Shown here: positions 46,661 through 54,446 of the stretch, one piece after another
Layout of the letters: the number at the start of each line of letters is the position of its first letter
Position numbering within the stretch: position 1 is the stretch's first letter
Virus record (IMG/VR): IMGVR_UViG_3300016265_001128
Coordinates: 1 to 59,449 of that record
Origin: a virus
Taxonomy: Duplodnaviria > Caudoviricetes
DNA length: 59,449 nt
Strand: one strand, 5' to 3'
Program-made: the position numbers and the translations under genes
The notes under the pieces: generated by a model
What the model saw: the letters and a program-made list of their open reading frames with translations, nothing else
Databases searched by the model: none
What the model was told of the DNA's origin: nothing

Positions 46661-46975
46661 GGGTACCTCCACTGGCTTGGGCGAGGCCGCCTTTTCTAAA
46701 ACCTAAACGCTTAGCAAAGGGAATGTCTTCGAACTCTTGCGGGGAATGGTTGTTGTCGTAAGGTAGTAAAGGGATATGGGTCCGCTGTTCAAATCTTGAA
46801 GCCTGCTCAGATGGAACGATAAGCGCAGACACGTCATCAAGCGTCACGGGTTTATGCACTTGGGCCTCAACATACGGGGTGGCTTGCTTCAGCATATCCT
46901 TAGACGCTCCCAAGCGTCGTCGCCCTTAGCTAGCCACTTGGTAAGTACCTTTCTCAAGGCATCGACGCTGGCCAA
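46653..46975 (-). pseudogene. Broken cargo gene: 28-aa N-terminal ORF out of frame with a C-terminal fragment (YVEAQVH motif, FRKGG tag)
   Basis: TTG 46975 (GAGGA RBS) ends at 46889; the other frame encodes PYVEAQVHKPVTLDDV, resembling DUF3626/ART-like C-termini. Confidence 0.5.
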
Positions 46976-46978
46976 TCC

Positions 46979-48376
46979 TCAAACTCCGTACGGATTTTCG
47001 CGCGGTTGGCGCGGCTCGGGTTCAGGCTCTGGGGGATCAATCGTCAACCACCGCTGGTCGCGCAGCAAGGCAAGCGCTTGGGTGAAAGAGTCGACGTAAT
47101 CGTCATGTTCTAACACGCTATCGTCGCCGTTGAACACACAAATTTGGTCGAGAAAAGGCGTAGCCCAGTCACAAAACATACCGGGACGCCGCTTTGACTC
47201 AGGGATCCAGACTCTCCCGTTGACGGGGAAGTGGCTCACGGCGTGCGCTCGCTGAGCCTTGTCAGCACGCCCCGGGTTGTAAGGCCGAACCGGCACGCCA
47301 GCCCGATGCAGCTCTTGGCAAAGAGAGATACCGGAGCCCTTGTCCTCAATCAGCAGGATATCAGGACGACGCGGCGGATCGCCATATTCTGCGATTGCCT
47401 CTTCCTTTGCCTTGGCCCGCAAGTCTGGAAACGTCAGGCGATCGGCCCAGGCGTCGCACAGCAGGACGTTAAGCTGCCGCTCAGGCCCGTGCTCGAAGAC
47501 ACCCCACGTAGTGCAGGCGGTCTGGTCGTTGATCGTCTTGTCCGTGAACGCCGTGTCATACGACTGGACAACGTACAGAAACTCAGGCAGATCCTTGTTA
47601 CTTGGCCAGAGTCGGAAGTCCTTGCGCTTGAAGATACCGCCCTCTTCAAGGTCAAGCAGTTCGCCGTACAGCTCTTGGCGGCCAATGGCCGTGCCCTCGT
47701 ATTGGGCGATGGCGGTGAAGAACGACGGGGCTAGGTTCTTGCGGTTCTCGTACGTTGTCCCCATGACCTTCATGATCCGGGGATTATTCACCAGGTCTCG
47801 GATAATCTTCTTGGGTTTTGGCGTCGTGGCCATGAGGATCTTTGGCCGTGTGCCGAGGCGGAGGCCAAACTGCATCATGTCCCAGGTGTCTTGGGGCCGA
47901 ACCCAGGCGGCAACCTCGTCACACAAGACGGCGTGATGCTGCGGACCACGAAGGCGTTCCGGTGACTCGGACGAGAAGCCCTTGAAGATGGTGCCGTTTT
48001 TCAACACCATCTCGAACAGCGACTTGTTGTAGTTCTCTATCAACTCGGGCGGCGTCGAGGCCAAGAGGCCGGACTCACCCTCAAAGCACGTGTCTCGGAC
48101 GTCAGAGCTTGTTGGAGCAATGACAGCGATGCGCCAGTTGGCGTTTTTGTAACCAAGCCACCAACCAGCTTCTGACAGACACTTGGTCTTGCCAAAGCCG
48201 CGACCAGCGAGCCACAAGATGCCGTCCCAATCTTCGTGGTCGGGAGCTAGTTGCTTGGGTCGAGCCTGCCCGATCCATTCCGTTCGCTTGGCAATAGCCG
48301 CCAAGTCCTCCAATGGCAGATCATACAGATCGCTCTGGAGGTTAAACAGCTCAGCGTCGTTCAGCAGAAAAGACAA
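46979..48376 (-). CDS. terL: Terminase large subunit
   Basis: AGRGFGKT Walker A, LRGPQ...CDE Walker B, TTP, SYDTAF, IEDK.SG and HDD.VD. Confidence 0.95.
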   Translation of the reverse strand: MSFLLNDAELFNLQSDLYDLPLEDLAAIAKRTEWIGQARPKQLAPDHEDWDGILWLAGRGFGKTKCLSEAGWWLGYKNANWRIAVIAPTSSDVRDTCFEGESGLLASTPPELIENYNKSLFEMVLKNGTIFKGFSSESPERLRGPQHHAVLCDEVAAWVRPQDTWDMMQFGLRLGTRPKILMATTPKPKKIIRDLVNNPRIMKVMGTTYENRKNLAPSFFTAIAQYEGTAIGRQELYGELLDLEEGGIFKRKDFRLWPSNKDLPEFLYVVQSYDTAFTDKTINDQTACTTWGVFEHGPERQLNVLLCDAWADRLTFPDLRAKAKEEAIAEYGDPPRRPDILLIEDKGSGISLCQELHRAGVPVRPYNPGRADKAQRAHAVSHFPVNGRVWIPESKRRPGMFCDWATPFLDQICVFNGDDSVLEHDDYVDSFTQALALLRDQRWLTIDPPEPEPEPRQPRENPYGV

Positions 48377-48664
48377 TGGTTAATAGCCCTGGGTCATGAA
48401 CCAAGGCTATTGTAACCCGAGATATGACTTAGATGAAACGGGTTAAGGCCGCGGCCTCACCAGATAACGGAACGCTGAATTGTCAGCGTAGCTTCCGAGG
48501 ATCAAGGCTTTGTAATCCAATCACCTGGGGGCTTTCGACTAGCGGGCGGAAACACACAATTTCCACCGTCCGCGTTGACCCGGAAAGAGGGCACAATATC
48601 CACCGGGCCTGTTCGCCGCCGTCATCTGGCGAGGTCGCTACTCAATCCCGACTAGCGGGTAGGC

Positions 48665-48778
48665 TTGACGCGACGACGGAGGGAGTCGAACCCCCGGCAG
48701 GGCCAGCCCGTCAACGGCTATTGGCCTCAGTCTTGTTGGCGTCACGTTTAAGCCATCTCACGCACGCCGCCGCGTCAA
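48665..48778 (-). ncRNA. tRNA-like element (class II-like) with unpaired anticodon arm and extended acceptor helix
   Basis: Acceptor GGCGGCG/CGTCGTC, D-arm CGT-GAGATGGCTTAA-ACG, T-arm GGGGG-TTCGACT-CCCTC, long variable arm; no CCA. Confidence 0.6.
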
Positions 48779-48805
48779 CTCTGTGCCATTGTTGGAAAAA
48801 TCGGT

Positions 48806-49141
48806 CTATTTCCCTTCTCGTATGGCTGCGATCATTGACGTCAAACGCTGCCTCATTTTGATTTCAAACTTCTCTCGCGGCGAACAGTGGGAAGCCTTTC
48901 GCCAAAACCCGCTTGGAAGTTTATTCATATCAGAAAACGCCCGCTCTATCACCGCGTCACTCGGCTTTTCCAGTTCGGAAAGGATGGCGTCGATGACCGG
49001 CTGAAGATAAAAATCCCCGTCAAGAACCACGTAGGTAGAAACGCCATTGGCTTGGCGCTGCTCGCAGAAATCTTGCTCATTCAGCGCGTCAAATGCCGCC
49101 TTGACCAGCCTATCGCGGGTTGACTCAGTCATTTGAAACAA
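48806..49141 (-). CDS. Hypothetical protein
   Basis: AIL.EL..PS...I and AMIAA pattern; start may be 49132. Confidence 0.6.
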   Translation of the reverse strand: MFQMTESTRDRLVKAAFDALNEQDFCEQRQANGVSTYVVLDGDFYLQPVIDAILSELEKPSDAVIERAFSDMNKLPSGFWRKASHCSPREKFEIKMRQRLTSMIAAIREGK

Positions 49142-49225
49142 CCACCGGAGATTGAGTCGCCCGTGGCGACTCAGCCTGCGACGCGCAGAAGATGCTCAAT
49201 GCCGTTGCCAACGAAATCAAGAAGC

Positions 49226-49843
49226 TCACGACTCTCTCCCGTGGTGACGGCAAAACTCTTTGCCGAGCTTACGATGCGCGCGACAACCGTCCTTTGCGCA
49301 GAGCATCGTGGGGTTGACGTATGGCTTATTTCCGGCTAATCCTAACCTAAGAACCTTTTTCTGTACATAGCTCATTGAGCAGTTAAGCTTTTCTTTGATC
49401 TGCCGATAGCTAAGGTCGGACCGGTAAAGCTCGATGAACTCCTCGTCCGTAATTAGCTTCTGCCGCGTCCGTTTTGTTAAGCCGGCGTTATCCTTCCAGT
49501 GACGCAGCGTCGTCATCCCGATGCCAAGCTCAACCAAGATAACGGAAGTCTTCTCGCCGTCTCGGAACATCTGTAAGGCCTTGGCCCTAATAGACGCTGG
49601 CTTTTTGTTGCCGACCTGTCTTGGAGAGACTAGGCCCTCAACCCATTTGCGCATTGTCCGAGGCGCTATCTTCAGCTCTTCTCGGATCTTGCGCGGATTA
49701 ATGCCAGCCTTGAACAGCTGGATTGCCCGCGTTCGCTTATCGTTCCATTGGATTCGATCGAGCTTCTCGGTCGCGTAGTTCGGAACAAGGTTGACACGCT
49801 GCTCCAACGGCAGCGGCAAGCGGACGCGAACGTCCATCGTCAC
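49226..49843 (-). CDS. Multi-HTH DNA-binding protein
   Basis: Three tandem HTH-like units (RKIREELKIAPRTMRKW; ELGIGMTTLRHW; SYRQIKEKLNCSMSYV) and C-terminal Cys/His. Confidence 0.7.
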   Translation of the reverse strand: MTMDVRVRLPLPLEQRVNLVPNYATEKLDRIQWNDKRTRAIQLFKAGINPRKIREELKIAPRTMRKWVEGLVSPRQVGNKKPASIRAKALQMFRDGEKTSVILVELGIGMTTLRHWKDNAGLTKRTRQKLITDEEFIELYRSDLSYRQIKEKLNCSMSYVQKKVLRLGLAGNKPYVNPTMLCAKDGCRAHRKLGKEFCRHHGRES

Positions 49844-49845
49844 GG

Positions 49846-50046
49846 CTAAAGCTCCCCCTTGCCAAGGCGATACGCGACTCGGATAGAACGTTCTATGGCC
49901 GCGGCCAGCTTAATGGGATCGTTTGGGTATAGGTTAACCAGTTCCAGCGCCGACAATGAGCTATTGCTGTGGTAAACAATTGGACCAGGGTCAGCCGTGT
50001 ATGGGTTTTGCCACCGCAGCAAAGCCTCAATGAGAGCCTCGTCCAT
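49846..50046 (-). CDS. Small hypothetical protein
   Basis: GAGGG RBS; packed in the operon. Confidence 0.55.
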   Translation of the reverse strand: MDEALIEALLRWQNPYTADPGPIVYHSNSSLSALELVNLYPNDPIKLAAAIERSIRVAYRLGKGEL

Positions 50047-50226
50047 TCAACCCTCTGACAGCATCTTGGCTCGGTGTTTTTCCATGCCAATGCGCATCAA
50101 CTCTTGCGCCACGTAGCGATCAACGGCTTTGTTGACTAAGTCCGTCTTGGATTCGTGCGTAAGCCGCGACAAAGTGTACAGTCGCTCGGTAACCTCCTTG
50201 CGGAGATGGTACGCGTTGTCTGACAT
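50047..50226 (-). CDS. Ribbon-helix-helix-like protein
   Basis: YHL..EV.ERL..LS..T..SKTDLVNKAVD.Y. Confidence 0.65.
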   Translation of the reverse strand: MSDNAYHLRKEVTERLYTLSRLTHESKTDLVNKAVDRYVAQELMRIGMEKHRAKMLSEG

Positions 50227-50411
50227 CAGGCAGCTCGCGACTGGCGACCGCGCCACGGCCAACCGTTTACCACCGCGGTCCGCTCAAGTCCGGGATCCGG
50301 GTTAGCTTTGCCGTCCAGCAGGAACTTGTACCAGATGTCGCGCAGCTTGCCCGGGTTCTTGGCGGCGAGACGCCGCCGTTCACCGCGGTAGGTGCTCTGA
50401 TCTCTTGCCAT
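50226..50411 (-). CDS. Small basic hypothetical protein
   Basis: GAGGA RBS; TGATG overlap. Confidence 0.55.
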   Translation of the reverse strand: MARDQSTYRGERRRLAAKNPGKLRDIWYKFLLDGKANPDPGLERTAVVNGWPWRGRQSRAA

Positions 50412-50431
50412 TGTCTATCCTCAGGCTGCCG

Positions 50432-50698
50432 CTATTCGACCAATTCATAGGTCAATTCGAAAATGTCCGGCTTGCACGGGTAAAATTCGCTCTTCACGCC
50501 CTTGATGATCCAGTCGCCAAAATTGGCTTCCATCTCGCCTTCAAGCGTAGGGATCTGAATGATCCGGTCTTGCGGAGGGAGCCGTGTACCCCGCAACGAG
50601 CCGCCACACCATTCCGCCAGCCGGTTTTGCTCCGCCATAACAATAGAGTCAAAAGGCTTGGCCTCGATAACAACCGGCTTCTTTCTAAACTTGGGCAT
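50432..50698 (-). CDS. Conserved phage protein (KKPVVIEA / PGDYG-like family)
   Basis: KFRKKPVVIEA...TLEG.M.A..GDWIIKGV..EFYPCKPDIF..TYE. Confidence 0.8.
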   Translation of the reverse strand: MPKFRKKPVVIEAKPFDSIVMAEQNRLAEWCGGSLRGTRLPPQDRIIQIPTLEGEMEANFGDWIIKGVKSEFYPCKPDIFELTYELVE

Positions 50699-50789
50699 GT
50701 TCTTACCTCATTGGCGTTTGCTCGCATATCTTACGCGGAGCAGGCTAAACAGGGAACAGAAAAATAATTGCGAATTGCCCACATTTTCT

Positions 50790-50819
50790 GTGTACGACCT
50801 GCATAGAACCGTATAGGAT
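50790..50819 (+). promoter_or_regulatory. Putative early promoter GTGTAC-N18-TAGGAT
   Basis: Same motif as 1853 and 5335; drives the isolated + strand gene. Confidence 0.65.
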
Positions 50820-50868
50820 ACCTATATGAACAACGCGCATCCCGCGCGTCCAGAGAGGAGAGACGAGC

Positions 50869-51306
50869 ATGACCAAGAAGCAGCTGATCGCCCGCGCCAC
50901 CGAGCTGAAGATCGTCGGCCGTTGGGACATGACCACCGAGCAACTGACCAACGCGATCGCGGTCATCGAGCTGGCCAACAAGCCCAAGCGCCGCAAGGGC
51001 AACGGCGAGCGCAAGCCCTACCACTTCAAGCTGTACCGCCTCTCGGCCGTCCGTAACACGCGGTCGCTGAAGGACGAGGCCCGTCAGGTTCGCGCGATGG
51101 TCGCCGCGATGTACAAGGCCGGCACGCCGATGATTGGCTCGCAGATCGCCCAGCTGGCGATCGACATCGGCTTCATGAAGACGAAGTCCGATCCGGCCGT
51201 GATCTTCGCGTATTACCGCAAGCGTCTGGAAATCTACGGCCTCGAGTTTGTCGGCTACGCCAACGCCGAGGACATCGTGTCGCTGAAGCTGGCCAAGCTC
51301 GCCTAA
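50869..51306 (+). CDS. Winged-helix-like protein (paralog 3)
   Basis: ARQVR...MKTKSDPAVIFAYYRKRLEIYGL; AGAGAGGAG RBS. Confidence 0.75.
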   Translation: MTKKQLIARATELKIVGRWDMTTEQLTNAIAVIELANKPKRRKGNGERKPYHFKLYRLSAVRNTRSLKDEARQVRAMVAAMYKAGTPMIGSQIAQLAIDIGFMKTKSDPAVIFAYYRKRLEIYGLEFVGYANAEDIVSLKLAKLA

Positions 51307-51391
51307 TGGGCGAGCAGCTAGCGATCTACTCCGCCCTCGCTGGAATGGGCTTGGGCGGAGTTGTGTTTCTGATACTGCTGTGGAAAGGATG

Positions 51392-51416
51392 AAGGGCTGG
51401 AGCGATCCGGCCCTTT
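51392..51416. terminator. Putative bidirectional terminator
   Basis: aagggctgga-gcga-tccggcccttt between convergent genes. Confidence 0.55.
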
Positions 51417-52095
51417 ACCTATCGAGCCAGTGGCGAACTAAACCGCCGTGAGCAAACCAACCGCCGGCATCTCCAGCGGCACCGAAGCCAGCTGAGCCGT
51501 CGACGCCACCTTGGCTGCCGCCGCCGATGTCACCGCCCTGGTCACCTGAAGTATCGAACGAGAAGTCGTCGCCCTCCATGTCGACATCTTGGCTCAGGTC
51601 CGCGACGTTCCCCGGCAAGTCATAGGACAAACTGTTCGAGTCCACGTTTGACGCATCAATGCCGGGAAGGCCCATGATGCCGTCAATGGCGATCGTGTTC
51701 AGGTTGCGGTCGCGGGCATTGGTAACCGAGGTGCCAAGCATCCCTAGACTTAACGAGTTGACCAGGCCGCTGAAGTAGTCGCTAACGCCAAGGCCGAGAC
51801 CAGCTTGGTCGTTGGCCGCCGAGATAGAGTCGTTGGCATTCGAGATGTCGAATGCATTGCCGATGGCCGAGCCGATTGGACCGGCAAGTGAGCCGAGACC
51901 AAGCATCCCGGCTAAGGTGCCAGCATACCCCATGGCCGTGGAGTTGGACATATCGTTCCAAGCCGACGATATCGAACCCAAGGCGCCTTGTGCGGCAGCC
52001 TCGGCGTCCAAGTCATTGACCTGACCATCAAGGTTAAAGTCCTGCGTAGGACCTTGACCGTTCACGCTGCCAGGGGAATAGACCTCTAAAGCCAT
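51415..52095 (-). CDS. Acidic Gly/Asp/Ser-rich protein with TM-like segment and C-terminal FAHGG tag
   Basis: Follows TerS; AGGA RBS; GxxxG hydrophobic stretch. Confidence 0.7.
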   Translation of the reverse strand: MALEVYSPGSVNGQGPTQDFNLDGQVNDLDAEAAAQGALGSISSAWNDMSNSTAMGYAGTLAGMLGLGSLAGPIGSAIGNAFDISNANDSISAANDQAGLGLGVSDYFSGLVNSLSLGMLGTSVTNARDRNLNTIAIDGIMGLPGIDASNVDSNSLSYDLPGNVADLSQDVDMEGDDFSFDTSGDQGGDIGGGSQGGVDGSAGFGAAGDAGGWFAHGGLVRHWLDR

Positions 52096-52163
52096 GTCAC
52101 CATCCTAGGCCACGTTGTTTCACGATCATTTCCTTGGTCAAAACCGCGCGGTTTAGGTCGTCC

Positions 52164-52529
52164 TCATTCCGAACTGCCATCTTCGCTCTCCTCTCTCTTC
52201 TGCTCGGTTGCTCGGGCCAAGGCGCCGAACAGCTTGTCGACGATTTGCATCTTGGCCTCCATGTGCACGTCGATATCGCCAGTGATCTCGACGGCCTTCA
52301 ACTGGGGCCTAATGTACTTTGCCGCTTCCTTGTGGGCCGTGGTTCGGATGTCAAGCGGGTTTGTCAGGGTGTTGGCGATCTCAGCCAAGGCGATCACAGG
52401 ATCGTACTTTTCGATGCCAAACTTTTCCTTCATCTCGCGCTGCATACGCTCGACGAGTTCAGCCGGCCCGCGGTTCTTGACGCCGGGCTTTCGACCAGCG
52501 GGATTGCCACTCTGTCCTTTGACAAACAT
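52164..52529 (-). CDS. Putative terminase small subunit (DUF5681-like N-terminus)
   Basis: FVKGQSGNPAGR.PG..N, DP...LA.IA and A.Y..PQLKAVE. Confidence 0.7.
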   Translation of the reverse strand: MFVKGQSGNPAGRKPGVKNRGPAELVERMQREMKEKFGIEKYDPVIALAEIANTLTNPLDIRTTAHKEAAKYIRPQLKAVEITGDIDVHMEAKMQIVDKLFGALARATEQKREESEDGSSE

Positions 52530-52578
52530 TCTATTTTGCTCTGTCTTTGCTAAAAACAAACTTCACTACGAAGCTTTC

Positions 52579-54039
52579 TCACAAAACATCCAGCAGTTGT
52601 TTCCACTCGCCAAGAACCTTGGCTTCTAGTTCCTGCTTACTGCGAAGGGCATTCAATACCCTTTCATCGATAGTACCTTGACTTATTAAATCAGTGTACA
52701 AACAATTTTGCCGTTGGCCAATTCTATGGGTTCTATCTTCACTCTGACGGCGCTCCTCGGCCTTAAAGCTATTGCTATAGTATAGCGCGTTTGAGCTTGC
52801 CGTGAGCGTAATGCCGTAGCCTCCGACTGCCGGGTTGCCAAGAAAGAACCTCGCATCACCTGACTGAAACCTATCTAGGCCTTCGACGCGTTGCTCCTGA
52901 GTAGCTCCTCCCCAATACTCAACCACGGCCGCGGGTCCTCCCCACTTGGCTCGGAGGTGGTTGCCAACAAGCTTGATTGCCTCGCGATAGTTTGTCCAGA
53001 TGATCAGCTTGCCGGCCGTCTCTTCAATCACCTCATCTAGGGCATCGAGCCGATTGTTGGGCAGGTGGCTCACGGTGCCATCGTCGTGCAAAAGAAAGCC
53101 AAGAGCAATCTGGTGAAGCCGTACCAGCTTTGTCAGCGCGTGGGGCGTGCTCGTCACAAGTCCTGCTTCAAATTCGTGCACCAGCTTTTCGCGCAGGTCC
53201 TTATACGCGCGCGCCTGCTCACGCGTAAGCTCGACCGCGCGCGTGGCATATATCTTCTCCGGCAAATCCAAGCAGTCAGCCTTGAGAAGCCTCGTGCTGA
53301 ACGCCTTCATCTTCTCGCCAAGCTCATCGAGCATCCGGTAGCCGCTGACATACACAAAGCTTCGATTGCCGTATTGCTTGATGTCTTCAATGGCGTACCG
53401 CTCCTTAAATGCCGTGTAGCTCGTAAAGCCGAGAATGCCGTGTCGCAAAAACTCGCATTGCCCCCAGGCATTCAGCGGGCTTTCTGGTAATGGGCTGCCT
53501 GTCATGATGCGCTTTGCCACCGCTGATTTGCCAAGCTTGACGATGGCTTTGCTCCTGCCTGACTTGTGGTGTTTGATGACAGTCGACTCATCGACAACCA
53601 TCAGGATCTTCCGGCCTTTCATAAACTTGGGCAGCTCATCAAGCAACCGCTGGCTGCTAAACGCCTCGACGTTGATTGCCAAGATGACAAACTTGTCTTT
53701 GGTCTTGCAGGCCCGTTCCCATTGTCTTTTCCACTCGCTTGTTTGGTAGCTGCTCCAGTACGCCAGCTCCACCGGTTCGTCGTCAGGCCAATGGGCTGGA
53801 ATCTCAAGCCTCAGCCAATTCATGTAACTACCCTTATTGCCGATAACGATCATTGCGTCGATGCGCTTTTCTCGCCACATCCACAACGCCGTCGCCAGAG
53901 CAATGAGAGTCTTGCCCAGCCCTTGCTCTAGCAGCAGTGCCCAGACGTCTTCCGCTCGACTGCGCAGCCACGTCTCCGCCTGGTGGGCGAAGGGTTTCGT
54001 CTTCATTCCTAGCTTCAAAAACTCTCCAAAAGCGTCCAT
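52579..54039 (-). CDS. SNF2-family helicase
   Basis: EQGLGKT, VVDES, MTGSP, GGYGITLT and QSEDR.HRIGQ; ATG 54039 with GAGG RBS. Confidence 0.92.
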   Translation of the reverse strand: MDAFGEFLKLGMKTKPFAHQAETWLRSRAEDVWALLLEQGLGKTLIALATALWMWREKRIDAMIVIGNKGSYMNWLRLEIPAHWPDDEPVELAYWSSYQTSEWKRQWERACKTKDKFVILAINVEAFSSQRLLDELPKFMKGRKILMVVDESTVIKHHKSGRSKAIVKLGKSAVAKRIMTGSPLPESPLNAWGQCEFLRHGILGFTSYTAFKERYAIEDIKQYGNRSFVYVSGYRMLDELGEKMKAFSTRLLKADCLDLPEKIYATRAVELTREQARAYKDLREKLVHEFEAGLVTSTPHALTKLVRLHQIALGFLLHDDGTVSHLPNNRLDALDEVIEETAGKLIIWTNYREAIKLVGNHLRAKWGGPAAVVEYWGGATQEQRVEGLDRFQSGDARFFLGNPAVGGYGITLTASSNALYYSNSFKAEERRQSEDRTHRIGQRQNCLYTDLISQGTIDERVLNALRSKQELEAKVLGEWKQLLDVL

Positions 54040-54060
54040 TTTAACCTCATTGTTTTTGGT

Positions 54061-54365
54061 CTGTCCAAGGTCTGACCATACCCTGCCCATCGCCCTGCCC
54101 ATGCTTTTCCAAGGTTCCGAACAGCCAAGCCCTTATTATTATTATCTTTTTTTAAATAATAATAATAATGGTCAGGGCGAACAGGGCGGTCAGGCACTAT
54201 CGCTCCATGTGTGCGTGTGTCGCGTACGCACGCACGCACGCCGACGCACACACGCACACACACATGGTAATTTGGGGGTGCCCAGACCGCTGGCCGCGCT
54301 GACCAAGGCTCACCATGCTCTTGATATATAACATACAATCATGGTCAGGCCCACGGTCAGCCATG
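54061..54365. other. Putative replication origin
   Basis: AT-only 13-bp inverted repeat 54133-54168, (GT/CA)n inverted repeat and several GGTCAG/CTGACC iteron-like hexamers right after the primase gene. Confidence 0.5.
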
Positions 54366-54446
54366 TTTTTCAATGTCATTTTCTACGTCGATTTTAGGTT
54401 TTAGGCTGTCCACAGAATTACCTCGACTGTCCATAGAAGTGGTCAC

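Noticed and set aside
48672-48771. Functional tRNA-Ser/Leu
   Set aside because: Anticodon stem does not pair and there is no CCA; reported as tRNA-like RNA instead
48377-48805. Self-splicing intron in terL, or the 142-aa + strand ORF 48433..48861
   Set aside because: TerL N-terminus appears complete, no group I/II core motifs were recognised, and the ORF lacks an RBS and protein-like features
54015-54379. Short ORFs with VCVRVC and YYYY/NNNN runs
   Set aside because: Translations of low-complexity origin-like repeats
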